DNA of 64,000 nucleotides from Thermoplasmata archaeon (GTDB taxonomy: Archaea > Thermoplasmatota > Thermoplasmata > Lutacidiplasmatales > UBA184): contig JBEKJG010000001.1 of assembly GCA_050011355.1 (NCBI GenBank), forward strand, positions 6,875 through 70,874, read 5' to 3'. Shown here in pieces: positions 35,729 to 45,641 of this stretch. Position 1 is the first letter of the stretch. Each line of letters begins with the position of its first letter. A program made the position numbers and the translations under genes. The notes beneath the pieces are model-generated. The model was not told where the DNA came from, did not search any database, and saw only the letters and a list, made by a program, of their open reading frames with translations.

Positions 35729-36844
35729 ATGAACTCCGCCACCGAACCCACCGAGGGGAGCCCGCGAAAACCGCAGTCCATCTGGGACTCGCCGCACGCG
35801 ATGGAGTACCTCCGGATCGGGCTCGGTGTGGTATGGATCGTGAACCTGGTCTTCATCCTGGATCCGGCCAACCAGTACTGGTCCACCTTCCCCTCGGTCG
35901 CCCGCTCCTTCGCCCCGACGACGATCGGGGGCCCGGGGTTTGCCGACTACGTGGCGTCCCACCCGCTGTTCTTCGAGTGGGCGATCGCGATCGTCACCGC
36001 CTACCTCGGGGTCGCCCTCCTCCTCGGTCTCGGGACCCGGATCGCGTGCTTCGTCGGGAGCTTCTTCTCGGCGGTTCTCCTCGCGACCCAGTTCGGCTCG
36101 ACGTTCTTCTTCCCGGGCGGCACGGATGTGGGGGAACACCCGCTCTACATCCTCGCCTACGCCGTCATGATCGTCGGCGGAGCGGGTACCTCGCTCTCCC
36201 TGGACGTATGGCTCCGTGACACGCTGGCGGCGCGCCGCCGAGCCCAACCCACCGTGGTCCGCCGCCCCGCGCCCCGGCCGACGTGGTCCGCGGCGCTGCC
36301 GGTCCGCACCGTGTTCATCTACTTCACCGCGGGCACCCTGATCTCGCTCGCCGTCGGCTTCGGCCTCGTCATCGCCATTCCCGCCCCCGCGGCCACCAAC
36401 GGATCGACCCCCACCGGCCCCGTCAGCTACGTCAACTTGAGCATCAACATCGACCCTCAGAACGGCTGGCCGCAGTACTCCCCGGCGAACTTCTCCGCTC
36501 CGGCGGGGCTCGTGGAATTTACGATCGTGGACAACGACTCCCCCACCAATTGGAGCGAATGTCCGTGTCCCGTGGGCGGTACGGTCGGCGGGGTGGAGTA
36601 CATCAACGGCACCCCGGTGGGACGCGTCTCGTCGGACAACGTGGCCCACACGTTCAACATTCCCGTGCTCGGCCTCCAGATCCTGAGCCCCGGGCAGAGC
36701 ACGGTCCGGTTCATGGTCGATGTGATCAACCCCGGCGAGTACACCTGGTACTGCTTCGCCCCGTGCGGGACCGGCGTCGACCCGTACACCACCCCGCCGA
36801 TGGGCGTGGCCGGGTTCATGACCGGTACGATGACCGTCACCTGA
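35729..36844 (+). CDS. fusion protein: DoxX/DoxD-like 4-5 TM domain plus extracytoplasmic cupredoxin-like (COX2-like) domain
   Basis: N-terminus: EYLRIGLGVVWIVNLVFIL and further helices. C-terminus: FTIVDNDSP...AHTFNIP...GEYTWYCFAPCGTG...MGVAGFMTGTMTV. ATG at 35729 (GTG at 35720 possible). Confidence 0.65.
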   Translation: MNSATEPTEGSPRKPQSIWDSPHAMEYLRIGLGVVWIVNLVFILDPANQYWSTFPSVARSFAPTTIGGPGFADYVASHPLFFEWAIAIVTAYLGVALLLGLGTRIACFVGSFFSAVLLATQFGSTFFFPGGTDVGEHPLYILAYAVMIVGGAGTSLSLDVWLRDTLAARRRAQPTVVRRPAPRPTWSAALPVRTVFIYFTAGTLISLAVGFGLVIAIPAPAATNGSTPTGPVSYVNLSINIDPQNGWPQYSPANFSAPAGLVEFTIVDNDSPTNWSECPCPVGGTVGGVEYINGTPVGRVSSDNVAHTFNIPVLGLQILSPGQSTVRFMVDVINPGEYTWYCFAPCGTGVDPYTTPPMGVAGFMTGTMTVT

Positions 36845-36969
36845 CGCGCGGCGGAGGCTTCCCGGAGACCACGCCCGGCTCCGAACGGGGCGATGGGCCC
36901 GATCGCACCGGGCGCACCGGGCGCGCCGAGCGATGCCGAGCTGGGACGGTCGCGAGGGCGTGCCCGTCC

Positions 36970-37920
36970 TTACGCGGGAACGGCCGGAGGCCTCACGCGG
37001 ACCGCGGGGGCGGTGGGTGCGACCGGGACGGTCGACTCCCGTTCGAACGCCAGCAGGCGCTCCCAGCCGAGCCTCACCTGCACTTCCACGGCCGCGATGT
37101 CCGCGGCGGTGAGGTGGGCGAACCGGCCCTGGGTCTTCAGGTACTCCCCGACCGGCTTCAGCTGGTTCGTCGGCCGCGTGATCCGGCACTTGCCGTCCAC
37201 GACCTCATACAGCGGGAACACGCCCGTGTCCGTGGCGAGGCGCCCGATGGCGATCGTCTGCTCCGAGGAGTACTTCCAGCCGGGCGGGCACGGGGCGAAG
37301 ACGTGGAGGAACCGGGGCCCCTTCATGTCCCGCGCCTTCTCGACCTTCCGGACGAAGTCCTCGGGGAAGCTCGGGTTCACGGTGGCGGCGTAGGCGGGAC
37401 GGTGGGCCAACACGATGCCCATGACGTCCTTCTTCGCCTCGGCCTTCCCGTGGCTCTCGCCGGAGACGGGCGTGGTGGTCGTCCAGGCGCCGAGCGGGCT
37501 CGACCCGCTGCGCTGGACGCCGGTGTTCATGTACGCCTCGTTGTCGTACATCACGTAGATCGCGTTGGTCCGGCGCTCGAGCATCCCGCTCAGCGCCTGG
37601 AGCCCGATGTCGGCCGTCCCTCCGTCGCCCGCGAACCCGACGATGTTGAGGTCGTGGTAGCCGAGGGCGTCGGCGGCCGCGCGCAGGCCCGAGATCGATG
37701 CGCCCGTGGCCTCGATGGGGTTGTCGAGCGTCGGGACGCCCAGCGCGGTGGTCGGGTACGGGGTCGCGATGACGGTCCAGCAGCAGGCGGGGATCGAGAC
37801 GATCGTCTTCGGCCCCAGCCCCTTCAGCAGGAGGCGCATCGCGAGCGCGGGCGCGCATCCGGGGCACGCCGCGTGGCCGGAGTGCATCAGTTCTTCGCGG
37901 GGGATGGTGAGTTTAGCCAT
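36970..37920 (-). CDS. porB: pyruvate (2-oxoacid):ferredoxin oxidoreductase, beta subunit (TPP-binding)
   Basis: ATG at 37920. HAACPGCAPALAMRLLL, and GDGGTADIGLQALSGMLERRTNAIYVMYDNEAYMNTGVQRS (TPP motif). It overlaps the porA stop by 8 nt. Confidence 0.9.
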   Translation of the reverse strand: MAKLTIPREELMHSGHAACPGCAPALAMRLLLKGLGPKTIVSIPACCWTVIATPYPTTALGVPTLDNPIEATGASISGLRAAADALGYHDLNIVGFAGDGGTADIGLQALSGMLERRTNAIYVMYDNEAYMNTGVQRSGSSPLGAWTTTTPVSGESHGKAEAKKDVMGIVLAHRPAYAATVNPSFPEDFVRKVEKARDMKGPRFLHVFAPCPPGWKYSSEQTIAIGRLATDTGVFPLYEVVDGKCRITRPTNQLKPVGEYLKTQGRFAHLTAADIAAVEVQVRLGWERLLAFERESTVPVAPTAPAVRVRPPAVPA

Positions 37921-39097
37921 GGACGGGCACCCCCAGTTGGGCGTCCAGGTCGACCCAGCTGACCTCGGCCGGCTCGCCGTCGAGGAGGACATCGTACATC
38001 CGACGCACCATGCTCGGCGTCACGTCCCGGCCCCCGACCCCCGCCAGGAAGGAGGTGATCTGGGGGACGTTCGCTGCCCCGTAGAGGGCGGATCGGACCT
38101 CGGTCGCCGTGGCGCCGAGCCCGCCGAAGGTGTAGGAGCGGTCCACGACCCCGATGCGGCCGACCGTCCGCCCGAGGGCGCGGAGCTCGTCCACCGGGAA
38201 CGGCCGGAACAGCCGGAGCTTGGCCAGCCCCACCTTCCGTCCCGCCGCCCGCAGCTCGTCCACGACCTTGCGCGCCGTCGTCGACATCGTGCCCATCGTC
38301 AGCAGCACCACGTCCGCCCCCTCGGTCCGGTAGGTCGCGACAGGGCCCCCGTGGTAGCGCCCAAAGCGGCGGAAGAAGTCCTGCTCGACCACCTCGAGGG
38401 CCGGTAGGACCGCCTCCATCCCGTGGGCGACCTGACGGCGGAACTCGACGTAGTGGTCCGGCCCCGTGAACGACCCCACGCGGGTGCCGACCCCGGGTTG
38501 GAGCACATCGCGCGGGACCCGGGCCGGAAGGAATCCGTCGACCGTAGCCTGGTCCGGTACGTCGACCGGCTCGACCGTGTGGGAGAGGTAGAACGCATCC
38601 TCCATGACCATCACCGGGAGACGCACCGCCAGGTCCTCCCCCAACCGGTACGCCATCAGGACGGTGTCGAGGACCTCCTGGTTGCTTTCGCAGTAGAACT
38701 GGACCCAACCGGTGTCGCGCTGGGCGATCGTGTCGGTGTGGTCGGCGCCGATGTTCCACGGCACCGCGACCGCGCGGTTGACGACCCCCATCACGATGGG
38801 AGCGCGCAGGCCGGACGCCCAGTGGAGCAGTTCGTGCATCAGGAGGAGCCCTTGGCTCGAGGTGGCCGTGTAGGTCCGCGCACCGAGGGCCGCGGCGCTC
38901 ACGCAGACCTGGAGCGCGCTGTGTTCGGATTCGACCTTCACGAACTGGGCCGGCAGGTCCCCGTTGGCGACGAAGTCGGCGAGCTTTTCGACGATGCTCG
39001 TCTGGGGCGTGATCGGGTAGGCCGAGATGACCTGCACCCGCGCGAGGCGCGCCGCGTACGACTGGGCGTAGTTCCCCGAGATCACCAACCGCGTCAT
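37913..39097 (-). CDS. porA: pyruvate (2-oxoacid):ferredoxin oxidoreductase, alpha subunit
   Basis: ATG at 39097 preceded by GGAGGT. MTRLVISGNYAQSYAARLARVQVISAYPITPQTSIVEKLA...YTATSSQGLLLMHE. Confidence 0.9.
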   Translation of the reverse strand: MTRLVISGNYAQSYAARLARVQVISAYPITPQTSIVEKLADFVANGDLPAQFVKVESEHSALQVCVSAAALGARTYTATSSQGLLLMHELLHWASGLRAPIVMGVVNRAVAVPWNIGADHTDTIAQRDTGWVQFYCESNQEVLDTVLMAYRLGEDLAVRLPVMVMEDAFYLSHTVEPVDVPDQATVDGFLPARVPRDVLQPGVGTRVGSFTGPDHYVEFRRQVAHGMEAVLPALEVVEQDFFRRFGRYHGGPVATYRTEGADVVLLTMGTMSTTARKVVDELRAAGRKVGLAKLRLFRPFPVDELRALGRTVGRIGVVDRSYTFGGLGATATEVRSALYGAANVPQITSFLAGVGGRDVTPSMVRRMYDVLLDGEPAEVSWVDLDAQLGVPVHG

Positions 39098-39108
39098 CGT
39101 CCGACCTC

Positions 39109-39963
39109 CTAAGCCTCCGCCCGCATCTCGATCGCCCGGGGGGGGCACTCGGCGGCGCAGATCCCGCACCCCTTGCAGTAGTCGGTCCGGATCACCGGGA
39201 ATCCCGCGGCGTCGAACTCGATCGCGTCGTCCGGGCAGAATTTCCAGCAGAAGTTGCAGCGCGTGCACTTGGCGAGCGTGATCCTCGGGGTCAGCGTCCG
39301 CCAGTCGGCCGTGTGGATGACGTCGCTCGAGATCGTCGCGACCGGACCGTCGACCCGGGGGAAGGTGCTCGGGTGGGGAGGCGCCGAACCCGCCGGCGGC
39401 GTCGGACCCATCGGTGCCGTACGGACCGCATCGAACCCGTCGGAGGCGGCCGCGCAGTTGTCGGCCCGCCGGGCGGGCGAGAACGAGTCGATCGCCTCGC
39501 GTACCGCGTCCAGCGAGACCACGCCCGAGGCCCTCGCGAACGCCCCGAGGACGGCGGTGTTGACGATCGGAAGGGTCGAGGACCCGAGCCCGTGCTCGAG
39601 GGCGATGCGGGTGGCGTCCACGGTGGAGACGAGGAACGGACCGGCCTCGAGGAGGCCTTCGGGGGGCTTGGGCGTATTCACGAGCAGGATCCCGCCCGCG
39701 CGGAGCCCGTTCGTCACCGGGATCCGCTGAAGGAGGCCCGCGTCGAGGACGACCACGATGTCGGGCGTTGTCACGGAAGTCCGCACGTCGATCGGGCGGT
39801 CGTCGATGCGGGTGAACGCGGTGACCGGAGCACCCCGGCGCTCCACACCGAAGAAGGGGAAGCTCTGCGGAAACTTGCCGTCCACGAAGACAGCCTGTGC
39901 GAGCAGCTCGGAGGCCACGACGGCTCCCTGCCCTCCGCGACCGTGGAATCGCACCTCGATCAT
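39109..39963 (-). CDS. pyruvate:ferredoxin oxidoreductase fused gamma-delta subunit
   Basis: The N-terminal gamma domain reads MIEVRFHGRGGQGAVVASELLAQA...FGVERRGAPV. A Pro-rich linker follows. The C-terminal delta domain carries two 4Fe-4S motifs, CTRCNFCWKFCP and CKGCGICAAECP. Confidence 0.85.
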   Translation of the reverse strand: MIEVRFHGRGGQGAVVASELLAQAVFVDGKFPQSFPFFGVERRGAPVTAFTRIDDRPIDVRTSVTTPDIVVVLDAGLLQRIPVTNGLRAGGILLVNTPKPPEGLLEAGPFLVSTVDATRIALEHGLGSSTLPIVNTAVLGAFARASGVVSLDAVREAIDSFSPARRADNCAAASDGFDAVRTAPMGPTPPAGSAPPHPSTFPRVDGPVATISSDVIHTADWRTLTPRITLAKCTRCNFCWKFCPDDAIEFDAAGFPVIRTDYCKGCGICAAECPPRAIEMRAEA

Positions 39964-40100
39964 CTACACACCGATGGTCCCACCGTGAGGCGAGTTCAAG
40001 TAAGGCCCGTCAGGCCGATTTGACCCGCACCGGACGACGGTCCTGCGATCCCCGTTCACGGGGTCCGGGTCATCGCGGGCAAGCCCCACCCGCCCATGAC

Positions 40101-41315
40101 CTAAGCGGCCCGGCCCTCGGCGCTTCGGGCGAGGCTCGCTCGGAGCTCGTCGAGGGAGAAGGAGAGTCCGGATCCCGTGTTGTAGAGGAGGACCGTCTCG
40201 CCGGGACGGATCCGCCCGTCCCCCGCGAGAGCACCGAGCGCGGCGTACGGTGCGGCGCCCTCGGGGGAGGCGGAGACCCCGTGCACCGCGGCCAGTTCGG
40301 CCATCGCCTCCACCATCTGCCGGTCGGTGACTTCGACACCACCGCCGTGGGTCTCGCGTACTGCCTCCAGGATCCGCTCTGAGGCGAACGGGGCGGGAAC
40401 GAGCAGGCCGGGTGCGAGCGTGGTCGGGTGCTCCCAGGGGGTGACACGGGGCTCGCCGTCCCGGAGGGCGCGCACGACCGGAGCGCAACCTTCCGGTTGG
40501 ACGGCGTAGAGCCGGGGAAACCGTTCGAGGAGTCCGACCGAGCGCAACTCGCCGAACGCCTTGTACATCCCGACGAGCCCAGTCCCCCCGCCGGTGGGAT
40601 AGAGAATGGCGTCGGGCATGCCGCCTTCCGGCGACTGTTCGTAGATCTCGAGCCCCATCGTCTTCTTTCCCTCGACCCGGTACGGTTCGCGGAGCGTGGA
40701 CATGTCGAAGGAGCCACGTCCCTTCTCCGACTCGCGGGCGACCACTCCGGCTTCACGGATCGTCCCCGGTACGGCCCGCACCCCGGCCCCGTAGCGGCGG
40801 CACATCTCCTGCACGGACGCGGCCGTCTGCTCGGGCAGGTAGATCCGGACCCGAATCCCCGCCCGCGCGCCGTAGGCGGACAGTGCGACCCCGGCGTTAC
40901 CGGCGCTCGGGACGAACAGCTCACGGAGGCCCAGTTCGTGGGCCCGGCTCACCGCGACCGCCATCCCCCGGGCTTTGAACGACCCCGTCGGGGCGACCCC
41001 ATCGTCCTTCAGGAGCAGTCGGACACCGGGGGCCGCTGGGGCCTCTGCAAGAGGCAGGATCGGGGAGAATCCCTCGCCCAAGGTCACGATCGATTCCGTC
41101 CGCATCACCGGCAGGAGTTCCCGATACCGCCAGAGCGTGGCCGGTCGTTCGATGACGCGGGCTCGCCAGGTCCGAGGGTCCAGGCGAGCGAGGTCGTACG
41201 TCGCGAACAGCGTGTGCCCGCAGGTGGGGCAGACTCCCGTGGGTCGAGTAGGGTCGAACTGGCCGCAACACGCGCGGCAGTCCAGCGAGGTCAACAGCGA
41301 TCCGCTCTCCCCCAT
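40101..41315 (-). CDS. thrC: threonine synthase (with N-terminal zinc ribbon)
   Basis: ATG at 41315 inside ORF 40101..41735. CRACCGQ..CPTCGH, PLP lysine PTGSFKARGMAVAVS, SAGNAGVALSAY, GGGTGLVG. Confidence 0.9.
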   Translation of the reverse strand: MGESGSLLTSLDCRACCGQFDPTRPTGVCPTCGHTLFATYDLARLDPRTWRARVIERPATLWRYRELLPVMRTESIVTLGEGFSPILPLAEAPAAPGVRLLLKDDGVAPTGSFKARGMAVAVSRAHELGLRELFVPSAGNAGVALSAYGARAGIRVRIYLPEQTAASVQEMCRRYGAGVRAVPGTIREAGVVARESEKGRGSFDMSTLREPYRVEGKKTMGLEIYEQSPEGGMPDAILYPTGGGTGLVGMYKAFGELRSVGLLERFPRLYAVQPEGCAPVVRALRDGEPRVTPWEHPTTLAPGLLVPAPFASERILEAVRETHGGGVEVTDRQMVEAMAELAAVHGVSASPEGAAPYAALGALAGDGRIRPGETVLLYNTGSGLSFSLDELRASLARSAEGRAA

Positions 41316-41408
41316 CCTCGCCCTCCACTCTGGCTGGTAGGATCCGGAATCTCTCGCACGACGTAACCTCTTCGCACGGAACGATGGGCGGGTCGTTCCG
41401 ATCGCCCC

Positions 41409-42104
41409 GTGACCTGGTCCGTGGACTCGCCCGCCCCGGGACGCAACCCTCATCCCCCCGAACGGTTGGAAGCCACCGTGTCTGCTCCGAAGCCACCGGC
41501 GTTGTCGGCACCTGGGCTCATCGGACCAACTTCGATCCTCAATCAACCCACGAGCGGACCCCGCTCGGCCCGGCGAAAGAAGAACCGACCCTACAGCCAC
41601 GTCCACCTGGAAGTCGACCTCGAGCGACCGGCGGCGCCCGACACGCCGGCGCTCCGGCGGCTCGAAGAGCTCCTGGGCCTCCGACGGATCGAGGAATCGG
41701 CCGACCTGATCCGGCTCACGGGGGCCACACTGCACGCGCTATCGGCCCTGGGGTTCCGCCGGGTCGACCACTGGGAGGTTGCACCGGGCGGCTGGCTTCC
41801 GCTCCCCGACCGATCGGGGCGTCCCAAGAGCGACGAGCCGGTAGGGCATCTGTTGGACGCCCTCGCCAGCGATGACTGGGGCCCGATCGCGCAGGCCCGT
41901 TCGTTCAGTCTTCGCCTATCCGGGATCGGCGGGAAGCACGCGGACATCGTCATCCGCCGCGCGCATCGCAGGTCTCGGCACTCCGTCTCGCTGGACCTCC
42001 ACGGGACGTGGACCCACGACGAGGTGGAACGGCTGAAGGGAGCGTTGGCGGAGCGACTCCCGGTCCAGCGTTCCGAGATGACAAAGTTCCAGTTCCAGGT
42101 ATAG
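41409..42104 (+). CDS. hypothetical protein; start codon uncertain
   Basis: From about 41590 the frame is clearly protein-like with G/C-ending codons (HLEVDLERPAAPDTPALRRLEELLGL...SLDLHGTWTHDEVERLKGALAERLP...). No ATG is nearby, so a GTG at 41409, a GTG at about 41478 or a TTG at about 41502 are candidates. No family recognised. Confidence 0.4.
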   Translation: MTWSVDSPAPGRNPHPPERLEATVSAPKPPALSAPGLIGPTSILNQPTSGPRSARRKKNRPYSHVHLEVDLERPAAPDTPALRRLEELLGLRRIEESADLIRLTGATLHALSALGFRRVDHWEVAPGGWLPLPDRSGRPKSDEPVGHLLDALASDDWGPIAQARSFSLRLSGIGGKHADIVIRRAHRRSRHSVSLDLHGTWTHDEVERLKGALAERLPVQRSEMTKFQFQV

Positions 42105-42332
42105 GGGCCCCCGACCGGGCTCCGGGACGTGCTCGGGGCCGGTGGAGCATTCCGTGCCGGGAGCCGGGACTGGCGCGCCTCCTAGAAGCCTCCATAAGGC
42201 CCGCGCGCCATCGGGCGATGGGCGATAGAACTGGCGTCCAAGGGTCCGTCAAATCCGACGACCGCCGCTCCCTGGACCACGAGTACTGCGACCCCTTCCG
42301 CCACTCCCACCGCGCTCCCGAGCATCCCGATC

Positions 42333-42734
42333 GTGCGGGAGTCGGAACAGCGCCTGGCCCGCGGAGAGTATGGCCTGGCGGTCAGTGAGGCGTACCACCG
42401 GGTCGTGTTGGACCTCCAGAAGGCGTACGGACTGAGCCTCCCTGCCCAGTGGACCCATCGGGAATTCCTGGCGCAATACCTGCGCGACGATATGGGGATC
42501 CTGAACTCCGAGGTGGCGAGACTCTACCGATTGTACGAACCGGTCCGGTACGGCAGCGAATCGGACTGGACTCGGGGGGATCTCCTGGACGTGCTTCGAA
42601 AGATCTACTCGGAACCGCCGATGCGGGACCTGTATCCTTCGGCCCGCCCGACCCCCTCCGTCGTATGGAATCCGGCGGACCGCTCCCGGGCGGTGCGGCC
42701 CGACGTCGAGGGGCTCCCCCCGCCGGGGGGTTGA
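42333..42734 (+). CDS. DUF4129-like protein (first gene of the MoxR/DUF58 cluster)
   Basis: ...YHRVVLDLQKAYGLSLPAQWTHREFLAQYL...VARLYRLYEPVRYGSE resembles the T-x-REY...Y-E-x-x-RYg signature of DUF4129. GTG start; no TM segment. Confidence 0.55.
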   Translation: MRESEQRLARGEYGLAVSEAYHRVVLDLQKAYGLSLPAQWTHREFLAQYLRDDMGILNSEVARLYRLYEPVRYGSESDWTRGDLLDVLRKIYSEPPMRDLYPSARPTPSVVWNPADRSRAVRPDVEGLPPPGG

Positions 42735-42744
42735 CGGAGAGCTC

Positions 42745-43259
42745 TTGGGAGGGTCTGTGGCGTACATTCCCGTCTTCTCCAACGTTTCGTACGCCCTCCC
42801 ACTGTTCATCCTGGCCGCGGCGAGCCTTCTCTGGTGGTGGAGGTCACGACCGCAGTCGCCGCCTTACCTGACGGCCTCGCCTCCCTATCATTCCTGGAGG
42901 ATCAACCCGGTCGCGGCCGCCCACGCGGCGCTGCGCGAGGACCGATACCTTCTGGCGGCCTTCCTGCTTCGGGAACGGCTCGCCTCCGTCGCCCAGGAAC
43001 TCTACGGAGTGTCTCCCGAGGAGCTCCGTACGTGGGCGGCGAGCGGGGCGGCCCCTAAGCTGCCGTCTTCGGTGAGCCTTCGGCGGGTGCTGCGGGACCT
43101 CGCCGCGGCGTACCGGTCGGCGTACCTGGCCGACGGCGCGCGCTCCTGGGAAGCATTCTCGAGCGTGACTGTTCCGATGCGACGACGCCGGGCCGCCCGG
43201 GACTTCGACCGGGCCGTCGTAGAGGTAGAACAGGTCCTCGCGGCCTGGGGGGCGGCGGC

Positions 43260-43263
<4 letters not shown>
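42745..43263 (+). CDS. hypothetical membrane-anchored protein
   Basis: One N-terminal helix YALPLFILAAASLLWWW, then a helical soluble part. Its stop overlaps the MoxR start (GTGA at 43260-43263). Confidence 0.5.
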
Positions 43264-44294
<1,031 letters not shown>

Positions 44295-44330
44295 ACCGTT
44301 GCGGAGACGGAGGCGGCCCTGACGCAGGTC

Positions 44331-45641
44331 GTGCTCACCCCCCGCGGAGGGGCGTTGCTCGCGGCGGGGCTCGTCGTCCTCGGGCTGGCGTTCTACACTC
44401 TCAGCCTCGTGCTCTTCGTCCTGGCGACGTTCGTCCTCGCGTTCGTCGCGGCGGAGGTCTTCCAGTTCGCGTACGCGACGCGGGGGTTCGGACCGCGGGC
44501 CTTCACCGCGCGTCGGCTTGAGTGCAGTTCGTTCGTCCCCGTGAACGGCACCGCGCTGCTGGCGGTGCGGCTCGAGCCCCACCTCCGCTCGGGAGTGTAT
44601 GCCGAGGTGTTCGATGCGCACCCGGACCGGCTCGCGATCGTCGACGGCTCGCCCCGGCTGCTGACGTGGTGGGCCCCCGGGGCCGAAAAGACGATCTCCT
44701 ACCTGGTCCGACCCTCCGTCCGAGGACGGTTCGAGATCGGCCCGACCGTCGTCGTCGCCCACGACACCTTCGGCTTCGCGTTCCAGGAAACGGCGCTCTC
44801 CACGCCCTGGACGCTCGAAGCGATCCCGCAGTACCCGTCGGTCCGCCTGCGCCGACCGGAGCGATTCCCCACGCCGACGTTCGGCCAGTCGCCGCACCCG
44901 GCGCGCGGGGCCGGCATGGACTTCCACTCGCTCCGCGAGTACGTCAGCACCGACGACCCACGGCGCATCGCGTGGACCCGCTCGGGGAAGGGCACGATGT
45001 TTGTCCGAGAATTCCAGCGCGAGAACCAGGAGGAGGTGGTCCTCCTCCTCGACATCGGTCGGACGATGGCGGCGGGGGCCGGCACGGCCGACACGCTCGA
45101 CCAGGCCGTCACGGCGGCGGGGTTCGCCGCCCGGTACGCGGCGGATGAGGACATCCGGTTCGGTCTGCTGCTCTTCTCCGACCGGATCGTCCGGCACCTC
45201 GTGCCGGGCCGAGGGCCGGAGAACGAGTTCGAGGTCGCGCGCGCGCTCGCGGGTGCGGAGGTCGAGCCGCGGGAGTCCTCCCTCGCCTCCGTCCTCGAAT
45301 ACCTCGGCCCCCGCCTCGCGTTCCCGGCCCACCTCGTCGCGTTCACCGCCCTCGAAGGGGACCCCGAGGCGCTCGCCCGCGCGTGGGGGCCGCTCCTTCG
45401 GGCGGGCCACCACCTGAACGTCTTCGCCCCGGACCTGAGGGCGATGTATCCGCCGCTGTCGACGAGCTCGGCCCAGCGCGCCCTCGACCTGCTCCTCCGT
45501 CCGGAGGTCGAACGCCTCGACCGCCAGTCCGACCGCCTCCGCGCGCTCGGGGTTCCGGTCACGCGCTACGGCCCGAGCGGAGCGACGGAGGGGCTGAACC
45601 TCGTCTTCGCGCAGGTACGGGGCCGGAGGGTCGCCGGATGA
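44331..45641 (+). CDS. DUF58 protein (vWA-like, MoxR partner) with N-terminal TM hairpin
   Basis: GMDFHSLREYVSTDDPRRIAWTRSGKGTMFVREF...VVLLLDIGRTM. Confidence 0.85.
   Translation: MLTPRGGALLAAGLVVLGLAFYTLSLVLFVLATFVLAFVAAEVFQFAYATRGFGPRAFTARRLECSSFVPVNGTALLAVRLEPHLRSGVYAEVFDAHPDRLAIVDGSPRLLTWWAPGAEKTISYLVRPSVRGRFEIGPTVVVAHDTFGFAFQETALSTPWTLEAIPQYPSVRLRRPERFPTPTFGQSPHPARGAGMDFHSLREYVSTDDPRRIAWTRSGKGTMFVREFQRENQEEVVLLLDIGRTMAAGAGTADTLDQAVTAAGFAARYAADEDIRFGLLLFSDRIVRHLVPGRGPENEFEVARALAGAEVEPRESSLASVLEYLGPRLAFPAHLVAFTALEGDPEALARAWGPLLRAGHHLNVFAPDLRAMYPPLSTSSAQRALDLLLRPEVERLDRQSDRLRALGVPVTRYGPSGATEGLNLVFAQVRGRRVAG

Noticed and set aside
42218-42388. A 56-codon ORF starting at an ATG 25 nt after a CATAAGG box.
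   Set aside because: It is too short and overlaps the DUF4129-like gene start, so it cannot be distinguished from chance or a local frameshift. It is reported only as a low-interest finding, not as a feature.
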